Of a DNA stretch of 64,000 nucleotides, positions 1-9,689 are shown piece by piece. The position numbers were made by a program, and so were the translations under genes. Every line of letters begins with the position of its first letter. Positions within the stretch are counted from its first letter, which is position 1. Under the pieces are notes generated by a model. That model was not told the DNA's origin, did not search any database, and was given only the letters and a program-made list of their open reading frames with translations. Origin of the DNA: an uncultured Acidobacteriota bacterium (lineage in GTDB: Bacteria > Acidobacteriota > Vicinamibacteria > Marinacidobacterales > DATDRI01); NCBI GenBank assembly GCA_963697355.1, contig CAVONV010000002.1, forward strand, positions 56,372 through 120,371, in the 5' to 3' direction.

Positions 1-245
1 GTGAGGGGTGCCCAGGTTGTTCCCGCATTGATGGTCTTCCACACCCCTCCTGATCCTACGGCGATGTACCAAGTGCTCTGATCCTTGGGGTGGATGGCGA
101 TGTCGGCGATCCGGCCCGACATCAGAGCCGGGCCGATTCCGCGGAAGGCCAGACCCTTGAACGTCTCGGCATCGAACTTCGTCGCTTCCTGAGAAAGTCC
201 GTGGGTCGAAAAGAGAAACAAAAAGCAAAGAGCGATTCTTTTCAT
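1..245 (-). CDS. BNR/Asp-box (sortilin/Vps10-like) repeat protein, N-terminal fragment running off the window edge
   Basis: ATG is the complement of 243-245, which is absent from the ORF track because the ORF is cut at the edge. The translation MKRIALCFLFLFSTHGLSQE is a signal peptide. It is followed by GIGPALMSGRIADIAIHPKDQSTWYIAVGSGGVWKTINAGTTW, typical of BNR repeat beta-propeller proteins. Confidence 0.5.
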   Translation of the reverse strand, partial: MKRIALCFLFLFSTHGLSQEATKFDAETFKGLAFRGIGPALMSGRIADIAIHPKDQSTWYIAVGSGGVWKTINAGTTWAPL

Positions 246-290
246 GGTTCTCTCCTGGGATTGAGTCTTTTGAAAATCATTCATTCATAT

Positions 291-2996
291 CTACTGCAAG
301 GTGCCCATCGCGAGAGCGAAGGCCGCTCTAGCACCAAGAAGCACCGCGACTAGGAGGAAAGCCACAGCCGGTAGCTTTGCCCAAAAACGATAGGTCATGG
401 CGCGGTCGACCAGCAAGCCCCCGCCGACCGCGACGGGCACCATTACGAAGTAATGGTGCTTGAGGATGAAGTTGAAAAAGACGTCAAAAAAGCTGAAGAC
501 GATCAATATGGACGCCCAGGCGAGTAAGATGAATCGAGCGTCTACGCGGGACCGAACGCCGAGACCGGCCAAGCTCGCAAGTCCCACGAGAGGAATGAGA
601 GACGTGCCAAAACTGTAAGCCAGTTTGCGAGGCACCATGGACAGGCGTGCCCAAATGGAGAAGGGCTCGTCGCCTCCCGAAACAAGGAGGATGGGTATCG
701 ACTCACGCAGAAAAGGCATGACCCAGTGGATGTAGTAAATGAAAAACGCCGCGGCCAATGAAGCGGAAGTGCATCCTGCGAGGTGCCTGCCAGATTGAGG
801 ATTCTTCCGGAAGACGAAAGGCAACGCCAAAGCCAACGTGAAAACAGTAAAAAGAAGGGAAGCCGTATAGGAAAGGTACGCTAGAGTCAATAGTGCGACG
901 GCACCCCACCAGTAGGTTCTCAGGCCCAGTCGATCCAAATAGAAGATGACGAAGGCAAGTGCCAACGATGCCGCCCAACATCCGAACACGGTGAGAAAAT
1001 GGGACAGGGCCAGGAGTTGATAGGTGGCCGTCATGGTCACCGTGAGGAGAGCTGCCCAAACCCCCGCCCTCGCGTTTCCAAATCGCCGTGCCAAGGCTGC
1101 AGCAAGGAAAGCCATACAAGTGAGCATCGATACTTGTAGTAGCTTTTGAAGAAACGCGAACCATGAAGCAGGCAACGCCGTTAGGGGAGCTATCAACGTG
1201 TGATAGGTGCAAGGGTAAGGTACGACAAGCCCCCCCCACTGTGCTTCGCGACTCAGGATGTTGTCTGGATGAGGCAAATAGAAAACGAGGAATTTCCCCT
1301 TCCAGATCTCTTCCGCTATCGATGAGTGGTAGAGGAAGTGCAAACCTTTGTAAAGCGGAAAGGCCATGGCGGTGAGCCAAACGATGAAACCTACCTGAAT
1401 CACTGCTAGTGCAAGCGATCTCGCGTGAAAGTCGGAGGACGAAGCTGAATCGAGATGGAGAAGGCCTCCTCCCAAAAGGGCACCGATGGAAGCCAGGAGG
1501 CAGATCCCCAAGAGCGTCCCCGCGAAGGGGATGAAAAGGACGGGATTGAAGAACAACGCATAAAGCACCGCGCCCAGGAAAAATGCCGTGCCGGCGGTGC
1601 ACCAGCGTGCCGGCAGACCCGTAGCCCCCAATCCCCAAAGGAAGACCAAGGTCGCACCAAGAAACGCGAGAACCGTTCTCAGCGAAGGGAGAGCCCGGCC
1701 GCGTTGAATGACAACGCGGTCGATGCGAAGTCTTCCGGCGTTTGTTGCGGCCGGAAACTCGATTCGGAGTCCGGAGCGCCATCCGACGGGGGCCGGAGCG
1801 ACGAGTCTCGTCTCCGTCCATGTATCGCCAAGGGCTGCTTCGACCTCGGAATAGCCCGCCCGAGCAAGGGGCAAGACGGCGGCATTGTTCTCATCCAATG
1901 AAGCCGTAATGGTGATTTGCCAGTTGGTTCCTCCTCCAAAATCACGCAAATCAATTTGGGAGCCCGCCAAAGCGCGCCGGAAAGTGACGCCCCTCTCGGC
2001 GTCGAAGGAAGCGAATCGGTCAACCAGAGTTGTCTCTTGCCCCGAGCCCAAATCGATGTCCAATTCGGGACGAGCCAAGTAGGCAATCGACAGACCCGAA
2101 AAACCTGCAATCGCGATAACCAAGGTCGTCCACCGGGTGACGCTGTCCAGCCCTTGCCGGGCAGCCATTCCTGTGGCGAGGAAGAGTTGACGCACTAGAT
2201 CCACCAGGGAAGGAAAGAGCTTGGTCACGGCGAAAGCGACGAAGGTCAGGAGTAGGAGTGGTATGACGGCTGAGGCCATGTAGCCTCGAGCCCATGCATA
2301 GGCACCACCCATGAGACAGGCGCCGATCAATCCGGAACGCGATGCACTGCTTGGGCGAAGCCCGACTCGAACAAGAGTTCCAAAAAACAGGCAAAGCGTG
2401 AGGCTCGCGAGCACAACTTGTCGAAGAGACGGAAAACCCCAAACCAACGCGGAGCCTCGAGGCAGCCAACGTGCTTCGTGAACGCGAACGCCCAAGGATC
2501 GTTCATCGGTTGGCCCGGGTGTGAAGGTCTCGGAGCGCAAACAAACCCTGATATCGGAGCTCCACCATCCTCGTGACGCGGCGGGAATTTGGAGGCTCTC
2601 AATGCGCCGGCGCGCCTCGAACTGTTGCGTCGATCCTGGAGTCTCGAGAACCACGAGAGGGTTCTTCTGTCCTCTCGGGCGGAAGCCGGCGATGTCGAGT
2701 GCGACCTTTCCCCGGCGCCCCGGTCCAATGTCCGGGAAAGTAACGCAGCTTCTGGAACGGCTCCAGCGGTAGTCGCCTTCTGCGTCGTGAAATCCCTCGA
2801 CGAAAGGCGTGCTCCAGAACGCGCGGCCGACGGGTACGGCGATAGGCCGGTTGATTTGGTAGCCGATGGTTGTGGACAGGATGGAGGCGAGAATGAGCCA
2901 AAGGAGCTCTCTGCCACCGCTTCGCTTTTGGGAGCCTCTTGTACTGGCCGAAGAACCCTTTGTTATTGGAGCTTCGGGAGGTTCTTCTTGAAGCAT
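291..2996 (-). CDS. Large polytopic integral membrane protein (about 900 aa), possibly a GT-C-like glycosyltransferase; internal ATG at 2996 preferred over the track start at 3230
   Basis: Long ORF with GC3-biased codons. There is one N-terminal TM segment, then a soluble loop of about 190 aa containing TPFVEGFHDAEGDYRWS, then 13 or more hydrophobic helices. Starting at MLQEEPP removes the overlap with the divergent neighbour. Confidence 0.55.
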   Translation of the reverse strand: MLQEEPPEAPITKGSSASTRGSQKRSGGRELLWLILASILSTTIGYQINRPIAVPVGRAFWSTPFVEGFHDAEGDYRWSRSRSCVTFPDIGPGRRGKVALDIAGFRPRGQKNPLVVLETPGSTQQFEARRRIESLQIPAASRGWWSSDIRVCLRSETFTPGPTDERSLGVRVHEARWLPRGSALVWGFPSLRQVVLASLTLCLFFGTLVRVGLRPSSASRSGLIGACLMGGAYAWARGYMASAVIPLLLLTFVAFAVTKLFPSLVDLVRQLFLATGMAARQGLDSVTRWTTLVIAIAGFSGLSIAYLARPELDIDLGSGQETTLVDRFASFDAERGVTFRRALAGSQIDLRDFGGGTNWQITITASLDENNAAVLPLARAGYSEVEAALGDTWTETRLVAPAPVGWRSGLRIEFPAATNAGRLRIDRVVIQRGRALPSLRTVLAFLGATLVFLWGLGATGLPARWCTAGTAFFLGAVLYALFFNPVLFIPFAGTLLGICLLASIGALLGGGLLHLDSASSSDFHARSLALAVIQVGFIVWLTAMAFPLYKGLHFLYHSSIAEEIWKGKFLVFYLPHPDNILSREAQWGGLVVPYPCTYHTLIAPLTALPASWFAFLQKLLQVSMLTCMAFLAAALARRFGNARAGVWAALLTVTMTATYQLLALSHFLTVFGCWAASLALAFVIFYLDRLGLRTYWWGAVALLTLAYLSYTASLLFTVFTLALALPFVFRKNPQSGRHLAGCTSASLAAAFFIYYIHWVMPFLRESIPILLVSGGDEPFSIWARLSMVPRKLAYSFGTSLIPLVGLASLAGLGVRSRVDARFILLAWASILIVFSFFDVFFNFILKHHYFVMVPVAVGGGLLVDRAMTYRFWAKLPAVAFLLVAVLLGARAAFALAMGTLQ

Positions 2997-3036
2997 TTGA
3001 GGACGGATCCTAGCACGTTCAATCGAGGCGTCTGAA

Positions 3037-4881
3037 GTGGTTTCCACTTTGCTACCACGGAGACCACCGGCCGTGCTACTCTCTACGCGGTTTCCATTTG
3101 ATCTCGCGTCGGGAGCGATTCTATTGGCGACAGAGCGCAAAGAGCCGCCTCGTTGGTATCCACCGGCCAAGCTCGCTAAGAACCTGGCTTGGATCGCTTG
3201 GATCAATGCCGTCGCATCGCTCCTCACCAACGGTTACACCCTGCAGTGGCTCGAGCCAACGGTCTCCCGCAGGGCGCTCGTGCTGCTCAGTCTCGCCGTC
3301 GCGGCGGCGATCTCCGGCTGGACAAGATATGGAGTTCCCGCCTCTCGCGAAGGTTGGAAGAAGTGGGCTCGCTCTCTCGTGGTGCCCGCTTTGCTCATCC
3401 TCATCCTAGCGGCGGCTTTTGGCCTTCGTGTTTGGGGGATTACCTACGGACTCCCGCAAAGCTACATCCCCGATGAATACGACTATGTCCACTCCGCCCT
3501 TAAAAAGTTAAAAACGGGGGATTTCAATCCAAGGTGGTGGTACTACCCATCCCTCCAGCCTTATCTTTGCACCGCGACCTATCTCGCCGTCTACCTTCAG
3601 AATCTTCCGAGTGGCCGATGGGCAGGTATCCACCAGGTCACGGAGGAGGACATGCTCTATTGGGGACGTTTCTTAGGTGTCGTTTTCGGAACCTTGACGG
3701 TCCTCGTGACGTTTCTATTGGGGCGAAGCCTCTTCAGCACGAAAGTCGGTCTGGTATCGGCTGCTCTGTTGGCGGTCTTTCCCGGTGCCGTGGAGCACTC
3801 TCAGTACAACAAGCCGGACGTCGTACTGTACTTTGCCGTGGTCGTGAGTGTCATCGTAACACTGACCTATCTAGGCAAAGGAGGTTACAAGCTCGCGTTC
3901 GCTTGCGGTGTCGCTATCGGCCTCGCGACGGCGACGAAGTATAACGGCGTGTTGTTGGCAGCACCGTTTCTGATCGCCGTTGCGCTTCGGCATAGGAGGA
4001 GGCTGTTCTCCGAGGTCGATCTCTACGTTGGAGCGGTGGGTGCAGTGATGACCTTCGTCGTCATCAATCCATATTTTCTTGCGGATTTCCCGAGGTTCCT
4101 CGAGCACGTTTCTTTCGACATCTACAGCTATGGGTACCTTGGTCGGCCCGGCGCCGAAGGAGACAACAACTGGTACACTCATGCCGTCTACACGGCTCGC
4201 TACGGCGCGGGTTTCTGGGTGTCCTTGTTCGCGGTTGCGGGTCTAGTTATCGCCTTGTATCGAGCCAGAGGGAGTACGGCTGTCTTTCTGAGCTTTCCCA
4301 TCCTCTACTACTCGCACTACGGTGCTCAGCGTATCAACTGGGCGGGAAACCTCATTGCGGTATATCCCTTCCTCGCGATACTGGCGGGCTACGCTCTCTA
4401 TGAGTTCCTGGCTGTGATCGTCCGACGAATGGGTTCGAAGCGCTATCTCGCCTTCGAGCCCGTCGCCGCGGTGCTTTTGCTCGTGGTTTTGATTTGGTCT
4501 CCCCTCAGAACGTCTATTCGCTTCAACACCGAGTTGACGCTTCCCGACACGGGCAACGTCGCGCGCGAGTGGATCGATGGCGCCTTTCCTCCTGGTACTT
4601 CTTTTGCGGTGGAAAGACACGCGCCTGTTCCGGATCGGAAGAAATACAAAGTGATGCAGGAGGCACGCATCATTCAGAAAGCGCTGCGGAGTTATCGAGA
4701 TCTGGGAGTTGGGTACTTTGTGGTCTCATCACAAGTCTACGAGCGATTCGGGCCGGAGCATCGCCTTTCCAAAGCCTACGATCGCCTATTTCAAGCCTGC
4801 CCGCTCGTAAGAAAATTCGAGCCACTCGAGGGGGAGTTGCAAGGACCGACGATCCGGGTACTCAAAGTGCCACCTGAGTAG
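3037..4881 (+). CDS. GT-C fold glycosyltransferase of the PMT/ArnT-like family (GT39/GT83-like)
   Basis: Multi-TM protein with the first-loop motif YGLPQSYIPDEYDYVHSA, a DE motif typical of lipid-carrier-dependent mannosyl/arabinosyl transferases. It is about 600 aa with a C-terminal soluble domain. Confidence 0.7.
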   Translation: MVSTLLPRRPPAVLLSTRFPFDLASGAILLATERKEPPRWYPPAKLAKNLAWIAWINAVASLLTNGYTLQWLEPTVSRRALVLLSLAVAAAISGWTRYGVPASREGWKKWARSLVVPALLILILAAAFGLRVWGITYGLPQSYIPDEYDYVHSALKKLKTGDFNPRWWYYPSLQPYLCTATYLAVYLQNLPSGRWAGIHQVTEEDMLYWGRFLGVVFGTLTVLVTFLLGRSLFSTKVGLVSAALLAVFPGAVEHSQYNKPDVVLYFAVVVSVIVTLTYLGKGGYKLAFACGVAIGLATATKYNGVLLAAPFLIAVALRHRRRLFSEVDLYVGAVGAVMTFVVINPYFLADFPRFLEHVSFDIYSYGYLGRPGAEGDNNWYTHAVYTARYGAGFWVSLFAVAGLVIALYRARGSTAVFLSFPILYYSHYGAQRINWAGNLIAVYPFLAILAGYALYEFLAVIVRRMGSKRYLAFEPVAAVLLLVVLIWSPLRTSIRFNTELTLPDTGNVAREWIDGAFPPGTSFAVERHAPVPDRKKYKVMQEARIIQKALRSYRDLGVGYFVVSSQVYERFGPEHRLSKAYDRLFQACPLVRKFEPLEGELQGPTIRVLKVPPE

Positions 4882-4892
4882 ACAAGGTCGGA

Positions 4893-5321
4893 TTAGAGCG
4901 CGAATCCCATGATACCTTCGGCAACGAGCTCCTCGCCGTGGTATGCGCTCATCTTGAGGCTTCCGAGCCGTCCGCGCATTTTCCGGACCTCACCGTCGAT
5001 CCTCAAGGAACATCCCGCGGGAATCCTCTTGTGGAAACGGATGTCGTCGATCGAGCGAAAGAAGATAGCCCGCCCGCGGTTCTCTTCCGGATAGAGCACC
5101 AAAACGGCGCCTACTTGTGCCATGGCTTCGGTCAATATGGTCGGTGGGTAATAGTACCTGCCAGCATCGTCTCGAATGAGAAAAGCGCCGGTGTCCCCTA
5201 CACGAATCACGCCGCTGATCCTCGTTCCCGGCGTGATCTCGCTGATCTCGTCGACGAAGAGGAACGGATCTCGGTGGGGAAGGATCTTTTCGATTTCTCG
5301 ACGGTCAAGGATCGTGCTCAC
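4893..5321 (-). CDS. fabZ: 3-hydroxyacyl-ACP dehydratase FabZ
   Basis: ILPHRDPFLFVDEI and hot-dog fold motifs; 142 aa. Confidence 0.85.
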   Translation of the reverse strand: MSTILDRREIEKILPHRDPFLFVDEISEITPGTRISGVIRVGDTGAFLIRDDAGRYYYPPTILTEAMAQVGAVLVLYPEENRGRAIFFRSIDDIRFHKRIPAGCSLRIDGEVRKMRGRLGSLKMSAYHGEELVAEGIMGFAL

Positions 5322-6007
5322 GGATCCTCCCTCTCTGTCTCGGCCCCAGCCCGTCGGTCGAAAACGAGGAAGTACTGGTAGGGAAGGAAAGAATGCTCCT
5401 CGACGAGCTTGAAGCCCGATGCTTCAGCCTCGGCGATGAGACGTTGTCTGGGCACACGATACCGACGTGTGGGGCCTACGGGAACGTCTTTGTTACTGAA
5501 GAAATCGACAACGGCCAAGCGACCGTCAGGCTTCAATACGCTCCTGATGTTCGACAACAGCGCTTTCGGCGATCGAAGCTCGTGGTAGACGTCGACAAGA
5601 AGCGCTAGGTCGACAGTGCCGGCCTCCAGGCGGGTGTCATTTTCTTGGGAAAGGACCGTGGTGACGTTGATGAGACCGATCTCGCCTACCTTGCGCTCGA
5701 CAAATGCCAGCATCTCCTGCTGGATGTCCACCGCAAACAGCCGGCCGTCCGGACCAACCGCCTTGGACAGGAACGGCACAAAATAACCGGAGCCCGTTCC
5801 GATATCAGCGATAGTCGAGCCAGCTTCGATTTGGAGAGCCTCGATAACTTGAACCGGCTTTTGCCAATCGTCTCGGCTCTCGTTCTCTAATGCGTCGACG
5901 TCCCGGGGGCTGTAAATCCGACTGTTCTGGGCCGGAGCCATGAGGCTTGCCCAGCTGAGTGCAAAGAATATGAGCAGAGATATTCTCACCGCCGTTTCCC
6001 GCCTCAC
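5318..6007 (-). CDS. Class I SAM-dependent methyltransferase with an N-terminal signal/TM segment
   Basis: IADIGTGSGYFV motif I and the DxxxxL acidic motif. There is a 4-bp overlap with fabZ. Confidence 0.8.
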   Translation of the reverse strand: MRRETAVRISLLIFFALSWASLMAPAQNSRIYSPRDVDALENESRDDWQKPVQVIEALQIEAGSTIADIGTGSGYFVPFLSKAVGPDGRLFAVDIQQEMLAFVERKVGEIGLINVTTVLSQENDTRLEAGTVDLALLVDVYHELRSPKALLSNIRSVLKPDGRLAVVDFFSNKDVPVGPTRRYRVPRQRLIAEAEASGFKLVEEHSFLPYQYFLVFDRRAGAETEREDP

Positions 6008-6078
6008 TATAGCACAGGGGCAACGGTCAAGCCCGCCTTCGTTGACGGTCCCGATTCACTGTCGCCGACTTCAACGCG

Positions 6079-6222
6079 TCAGTCGACGGGCTGCCTGTCA
6101 TCAGACTCGACGGGGAGCTGAGTTTGGTGACTACTCGAATAGCCGCGGAAAGGGCTGATCCACTGCGCTAGTTGAAGGAGAAGAGCCCCAACGAGAACGA
6201 CGAGAACGATAAATGTGCGCAT
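6079..6222 (-). CDS. Small hypothetical membrane peptide (47 aa), not in the ORF track
   Basis: AAGGAGG lies 5 nt upstream of the ATG (complement of 6220-6222). Translation MRTFIVLVVLVGALLLQLAQWISPFRGYSSSHQTQLPVESDDRQPVD has one TM helix plus an acidic tail. The stop is the complement of 6079-6081. Confidence 0.35.
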   Translation of the reverse strand: MRTFIVLVVLVGALLLQLAQWISPFRGYSSSHQTQLPVESDDRQPVD

Positions 6223-6615
6223 AGGTGCCTCCTTGAGCTGCAGTTGTCCCGGGGAGGCAGATAGTCCCTGTTGTCAGGCCAAGAAAGCATTGGGAAGGGG
6301 GTCGCATCCTAAGTGCGTCTGAGAAAATACCGACCTTGCTGAAAAACGCGAAACGGTTACTGAACGAATTTAGAAATGAAACCGACGCACGAATTCCCCG
6401 TCAAAACCATTCTGCTTCCCGGACGCCGATCCGATTGGGGTGGAAAGAGCGCTTGGCGTTAGGTTATTCGTTCGAGTGTTTGTTTGTCAAGAATAAGGAT
6501 CAGTAAGTTCAGGACCGACATGGAGATTGGTGTATTCTTTGCCCGCCCGTTCCTTGTTGCAAGGCTATATGAGTATCATGGACGACGTTTATCGAGGCAA
6601 CGACTGCTAGACAAA

Positions 6616-7995
6616 ATGCATCGAATCGCCGCATTGAAGAGCGAGTGGAAACCCATGCTGGCGCTTGCCATACCTGTGGTCGCGGCCGAGCTCGGTTGGG
6701 TGGCCATGGGAACGGTTGACACCATGATGGTGGGCCGCGTAAGTGCCGAGGCTATTGGAGCCGTTAGTCTGGGAACGGCTCTTTTCCTGGCGGTGGCAAT
6801 TTTTGGCATGGGGCTACTGTTGGGATTGGATACATTGGTTTCCCAAGCCTTTGGTGCCGGTCGGATCGATGACTGTCATCGAGCCCTCGTGCACGGGGTC
6901 TACTTGAGCCTGTTGTTGGCGCCCGTCCTCATGTTGATGGTGTCTCTTCTCGTGCAACTGCTGGATGTCTGGGGTACCGATCCGCGAGTGGTGGCGCTCA
7001 CCATTCCTTATGTGGAAAAAGTGACATGGAGCCTGCTGCCGTTACTTCTGTACGCAAGCTTCCGGCGCTATCTACAAGCCATGGGTCTAGTCAAACCGGT
7101 CATGTTCGTTTTGATCACCGCCAACATCGTGAACGCGATCGTCAACTGGTTGCTCATTTTCGGCAATCTGGGCGCACCAGCTCTCGGCGTCGTTGGAGCA
7201 GGTTGGGCGACGTTCGTCTCTCGCACCTTCATGGCCGTTGGGCTCTTCCTGTACATCCTCTATAACGACTACCGCCAACAGACCGGCCTTTTCCGTGTAA
7301 CCTTCGCGTTCGAGTCGTCCCGCATGAGAGAGCTGCTCGCTTTAGGGTTTCCCGCGGCGGGTCAACTCACGCTCGAGCTCGGCGTTTTTGCTGCTGCAAC
7401 AGCTCTTGTGGGTAGACTCGACTCCGTTTCGCTTGCCGCCCATCAAATTGCGCTAACTGCCGCCAGCATCACATTCATGGTTCCTCTCGGGGTCTCTTCG
7501 GCGGGAGCCGTGCGGGTAGGGCAGAATCTCGGACGGGGAGAATCTCGAGCCGCTGGACACGCGGGATGGACGGCTCTTATTCTCGGCGCAGGATTCATGT
7601 CGCTCAGCGCCCTTTGTTTTCTCTTGTGGCCGAGCTACATTCTCCGCGCCTTTACTTCCGAAGAAGCCGTCGTGACGGCGGGAGTCTCTTTGTTGTTCGT
7701 TGCCGCCTTCTTTCAGTTGTTTGACGGGATTCAGGTCGTAGCTACGGGGATCCTGCGCGGGGCCGGAGACACGCGAACTCCTATGTTGAGTAATCTTGTC
7801 GGCCATTGGTTTCTAGGCCTCCCCATCGGTGTCACTTTGTGCTTCCTTTTGGACTGGGGAGTGGTGGGAATCTGGATAGGGCTGTCCTTCGGATTGATTG
7901 GTATCGGCATCGTGCTTCTTTACGTCTGGACACGCCGTGTTCGGTACCTCAACCGGAGCTCAGCAGACCATCAAAACGTGAAGATTTTTGAATGA
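6616..7995 (+). CDS. MATE family efflux transporter
   Basis: 12-TM protein with MATE repeats, about 459 aa. ATG 6616 is preferred over the track start 6484 because it gives a typical N-terminus. Confidence 0.85.
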   Translation: MHRIAALKSEWKPMLALAIPVVAAELGWVAMGTVDTMMVGRVSAEAIGAVSLGTALFLAVAIFGMGLLLGLDTLVSQAFGAGRIDDCHRALVHGVYLSLLLAPVLMLMVSLLVQLLDVWGTDPRVVALTIPYVEKVTWSLLPLLLYASFRRYLQAMGLVKPVMFVLITANIVNAIVNWLLIFGNLGAPALGVVGAGWATFVSRTFMAVGLFLYILYNDYRQQTGLFRVTFAFESSRMRELLALGFPAAGQLTLELGVFAAATALVGRLDSVSLAAHQIALTAASITFMVPLGVSSAGAVRVGQNLGRGESRAAGHAGWTALILGAGFMSLSALCFLLWPSYILRAFTSEEAVVTAGVSLLFVAAFFQLFDGIQVVATGILRGAGDTRTPMLSNLVGHWFLGLPIGVTLCFLLDWGVVGIWIGLSFGLIGIGIVLLYVWTRRVRYLNRSSADHQNVKIFE

Positions 7996-8040
7996 GATTC
8001 TTGAGTACTTGGGTACTCGAGTTCTCGAGTACCTACCGTG
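7996..8040. repeat. Degenerate GAGTTCTT-type tandem repeat with a small palindrome between convergent genes
   Basis: tgagattcttgagtacttgggtactcgagttctcgagtacc contains the hairpin GAGTAC ttgg GTACTC and octamer-like units shared with sites at 18.5, 25.2, 50.7 and 55.8 kb. Confidence 0.4.
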
Positions 8041-8080
8041 ACCAACCTCGTTGTACTCCGGGCCTCAGCGCTCCTCGACC

Positions 8081-9601
8081 CTACATCATCAAGGCGGCGG
8101 CAATGGAGACGATGCCGTTGAAGAAGTAACCGAGCTGCAAGTTCTCATTGGGGCTATGCTGGTTGTTGTCGAAGTTGACAATGGGCACCGATATGGCGGG
8201 AAGCCCGAGCTTCCGGACGAAAGGCGAGATGGGGACCGTGCCACCGCTGGTACGGATCCGAACAGGCGGCTCACCCCAAGTTCTTTCCAGAGCCTCAACG
8301 AGTTTCGCGGCTTGGGGATCATTGAGTGGGGTTCGGTAGGCTTCGGTACCCTTGCCATGTCGCACCACCTTCACAATCTTGGAATGGCGAGACCGGGTAG
8401 CGTCATCCGGGTCCTCATCCGTGATGTGGTAGCCCTGCTTCTGGATGTGAACGATCACTTTGTCGAACATGATGTCGGCTGGTGTTTCCTCGACCAAGCG
8501 GACATCGATCTCGGCGACGGCTCGATCGGGAACGATGGTACGCACTTCGGCTTCGACCCAAGCGGAACGGAGCCCCCGGATGTTGAGAGAAGGATACTGC
8601 CGCGCTTCTTGAAGCGATCGGCCGACTTTGTCAGGTTCTGCAATACCAAACGCTTTCATCAGTGCTTCATGATCGTCGGGAACCGAATCGAGGACCTTCT
8701 GATCTTCCGATGAGATGGCGATGCCATCGTAGAAGCCTTCAATGACCGTCCGGCCCCCGTCATCTTTCATTGAGGCCAAGAGCCGTGCTAGGCGGATGGC
8801 GGGATTCGGGGTCCAGTTCCCGTAGTGCCCGCTATGAAGGGACATTTTGGGCCCGTAAGTGGTGAGCTGGAGCGTTAGTATTCCGCGAGCACCATAGACC
8901 AACGTGGGTCGGTTCGAATAGTGGATGGGGCCATCTAGAATCAACATCAAGTCGGCCTTCAGTTTCTCTCGGTATTTGTCGATGGCCGGCGCCAAGCTGG
9001 GGGAGCTTGCTTCCTCTTCCCCATCTAGGATGACTCGGATGTTGGATGTTGGTCGGTGTCCTGCAGCGCGAATGGCATCGATGGCGGCGACGATGGCGAT
9101 AATGGGCGACGTGTCATCGGAGGCCGACCGCGCATAGAGACGCCATTTGGGATCGAATCTATCCGCTCCTTCGAGATCGATCTCCTTGGCACGATCCTCC
9201 ATCTTGCCGTCTCGAAGGATCGGCCGAAAAGGGTCTTCTTGTTTCCAAAGAGAGCGATCGACGGGTTGCCCATCGTAGTGAGCGTAAAGAAGAAGCGTCC
9301 GTCGAGCCCCAGGCACTTTGAGCTCACCGTAGACAAGAGGATTTCCTTCCGTCTCCAAGAGCTCTGCCCGAAAGCCACGACCGGCGAGCGTCCTTTCGAG
9401 GTGCTCGGCTTTTCTCCGGATATTTTCTCGGTCGGCAGCGACGTCGGGAATCCGGAGTGTCTCGACGAGCTCGTCAATGATGGCTTTTTGGTGAGTTTCG
9501 ATGTAGGTCTCGACCTGACCCTTGAGCTCGTCAGCGGAAAGAGGATTTGCCGAAATGGCTGCTATGAAAGCGAGGCTGGTTGAAGCGCGAACCCAGTGCA
9601 T
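8081..9601 (-). CDS. M20 family metallopeptidase (dipeptidase, ArgE/DapE/CPG2-like), secreted
   Basis: LLLYAHYDGQPVD and ILDGEEEASSP metal-binding motifs. ATG 9601 (MHWVRASTSLAFIAAISANP) gives a signal peptide. Confidence 0.8.
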   Translation of the reverse strand: MHWVRASTSLAFIAAISANPLSADELKGQVETYIETHQKAIIDELVETLRIPDVAADRENIRRKAEHLERTLAGRGFRAELLETEGNPLVYGELKVPGARRTLLLYAHYDGQPVDRSLWKQEDPFRPILRDGKMEDRAKEIDLEGADRFDPKWRLYARSASDDTSPIIAIVAAIDAIRAAGHRPTSNIRVILDGEEEASSPSLAPAIDKYREKLKADLMLILDGPIHYSNRPTLVYGARGILTLQLTTYGPKMSLHSGHYGNWTPNPAIRLARLLASMKDDGGRTVIEGFYDGIAISSEDQKVLDSVPDDHEALMKAFGIAEPDKVGRSLQEARQYPSLNIRGLRSAWVEAEVRTIVPDRAVAEIDVRLVEETPADIMFDKVIVHIQKQGYHITDEDPDDATRSRHSKIVKVVRHGKGTEAYRTPLNDPQAAKLVEALERTWGEPPVRIRTSGGTVPISPFVRKLGLPAISVPIVNFDNNQHSPNENLQLGYFFNGIVSIAAALMM

Positions 9602-9689
9602 GGTGACCCCCGGTCGGATTTTGTGACTCAAGCCTTTATGTTACAATGAGATAGATACCAAATTCATCGTTGATAGGACGCGAACAGGG

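Noticed and set aside
703-1821. 372-aa alternative-frame ORF inside the large membrane protein gene
   Set aside because: Arg/Pro/Ser-rich nonsense-like composition, nested in the frame of a coherent multi-TM protein.
6240-6483. Possible riboswitch in the AT-richer leader of the MATE gene
   Set aside because: I could not recognise any conserved riboswitch core (TPP, SAM, FMN, glycine, etc.). The track ORF start at 6484 also extends into it, and only an Rfam scan could settle it.
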